Source: Raja brachyura
Taxonomy: Eukaryota
Assembly: GCA_963514005.1 (NCBI GenBank)
Contig: OY740781.1
Span: forward strand, 176,700,001-176,764,000
Length of the DNA: 64,000 nt
Direction: 5' to 3'
Shown here: positions 63,915 through 64,000 of the stretch, piece by piece
Numbering within the stretch: position 1 is the first letter of the stretch
Layout of the letters: each line of letters starts with the position of its first letter
Notes under the pieces: generated by a model
What the model saw: the letters and a program-made list of their open reading frames with translations, nothing else
Told to the model about the DNA's origin: nothing
The model's database searches: none
Position numbers and translations under genes: made by a program

Positions 63915-64000
63915 CTCTTTTTTATTTTTTTATACGTGGCACTTACTTGTTTAGAAATTGTCCCAACCCCTTACGCTATTATTAAACATTGCAGAACCAC

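Larger units (their letters stand above)
1..64000 (-). other. LRBA: Probable intron of host gene LRBA (inferred; no exon recognised)
   Basis: Inference from established synteny: vertebrate mab21l2 is nested antisense in an LRBA intron, and mab21l1 in NBEA. I found no LRBA PH/BEACH coding segment in the window. Confidence 0.55.

Overview
Eukaryotic (vertebrate) DNA, most likely from a cartilaginous fish (skate/ray/shark), judged from HE1/V-SINE-like SINEs and elasmobranch-type CR1 and Penelope repeats. There is one intact host gene, the single-exon mab21l2 (62276-63355, +), with a CpG-rich promoter, a GA microsatellite and 3' poly(A) signals. The preceding ~61 kb is non-coding and probably lies inside an LRBA intron on the - strand. 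That is inferred from the known nested mab21l2/LRBA arrangement; I recognised no LRBA exon. The region is a patchwork of transposon fossils (CR1, Rex1/Babar, L1/Tx1, Penelope, IR/DR Tc1, Harbinger, a non-autonomous Helitron, tRNA-SINEs) and TE-free AT-rich islands that may be enhancers. The most notable unexplained patterns are: (i) short fold-back Penelope terminal-repeat insertions with 10-17 bp target-site duplications, whose junctions cluster at a hammerhead-ribozyme-like core; (ii) GC-rich non-coding retroposons carrying Rex1/Babar-like tails; (iii) a possible non-AUG N-terminal extension of MAB21L2. No prokaryotic system or CRISPR array is present. Family names come from motif recognition by eye, and edges of old repeats are approximate.
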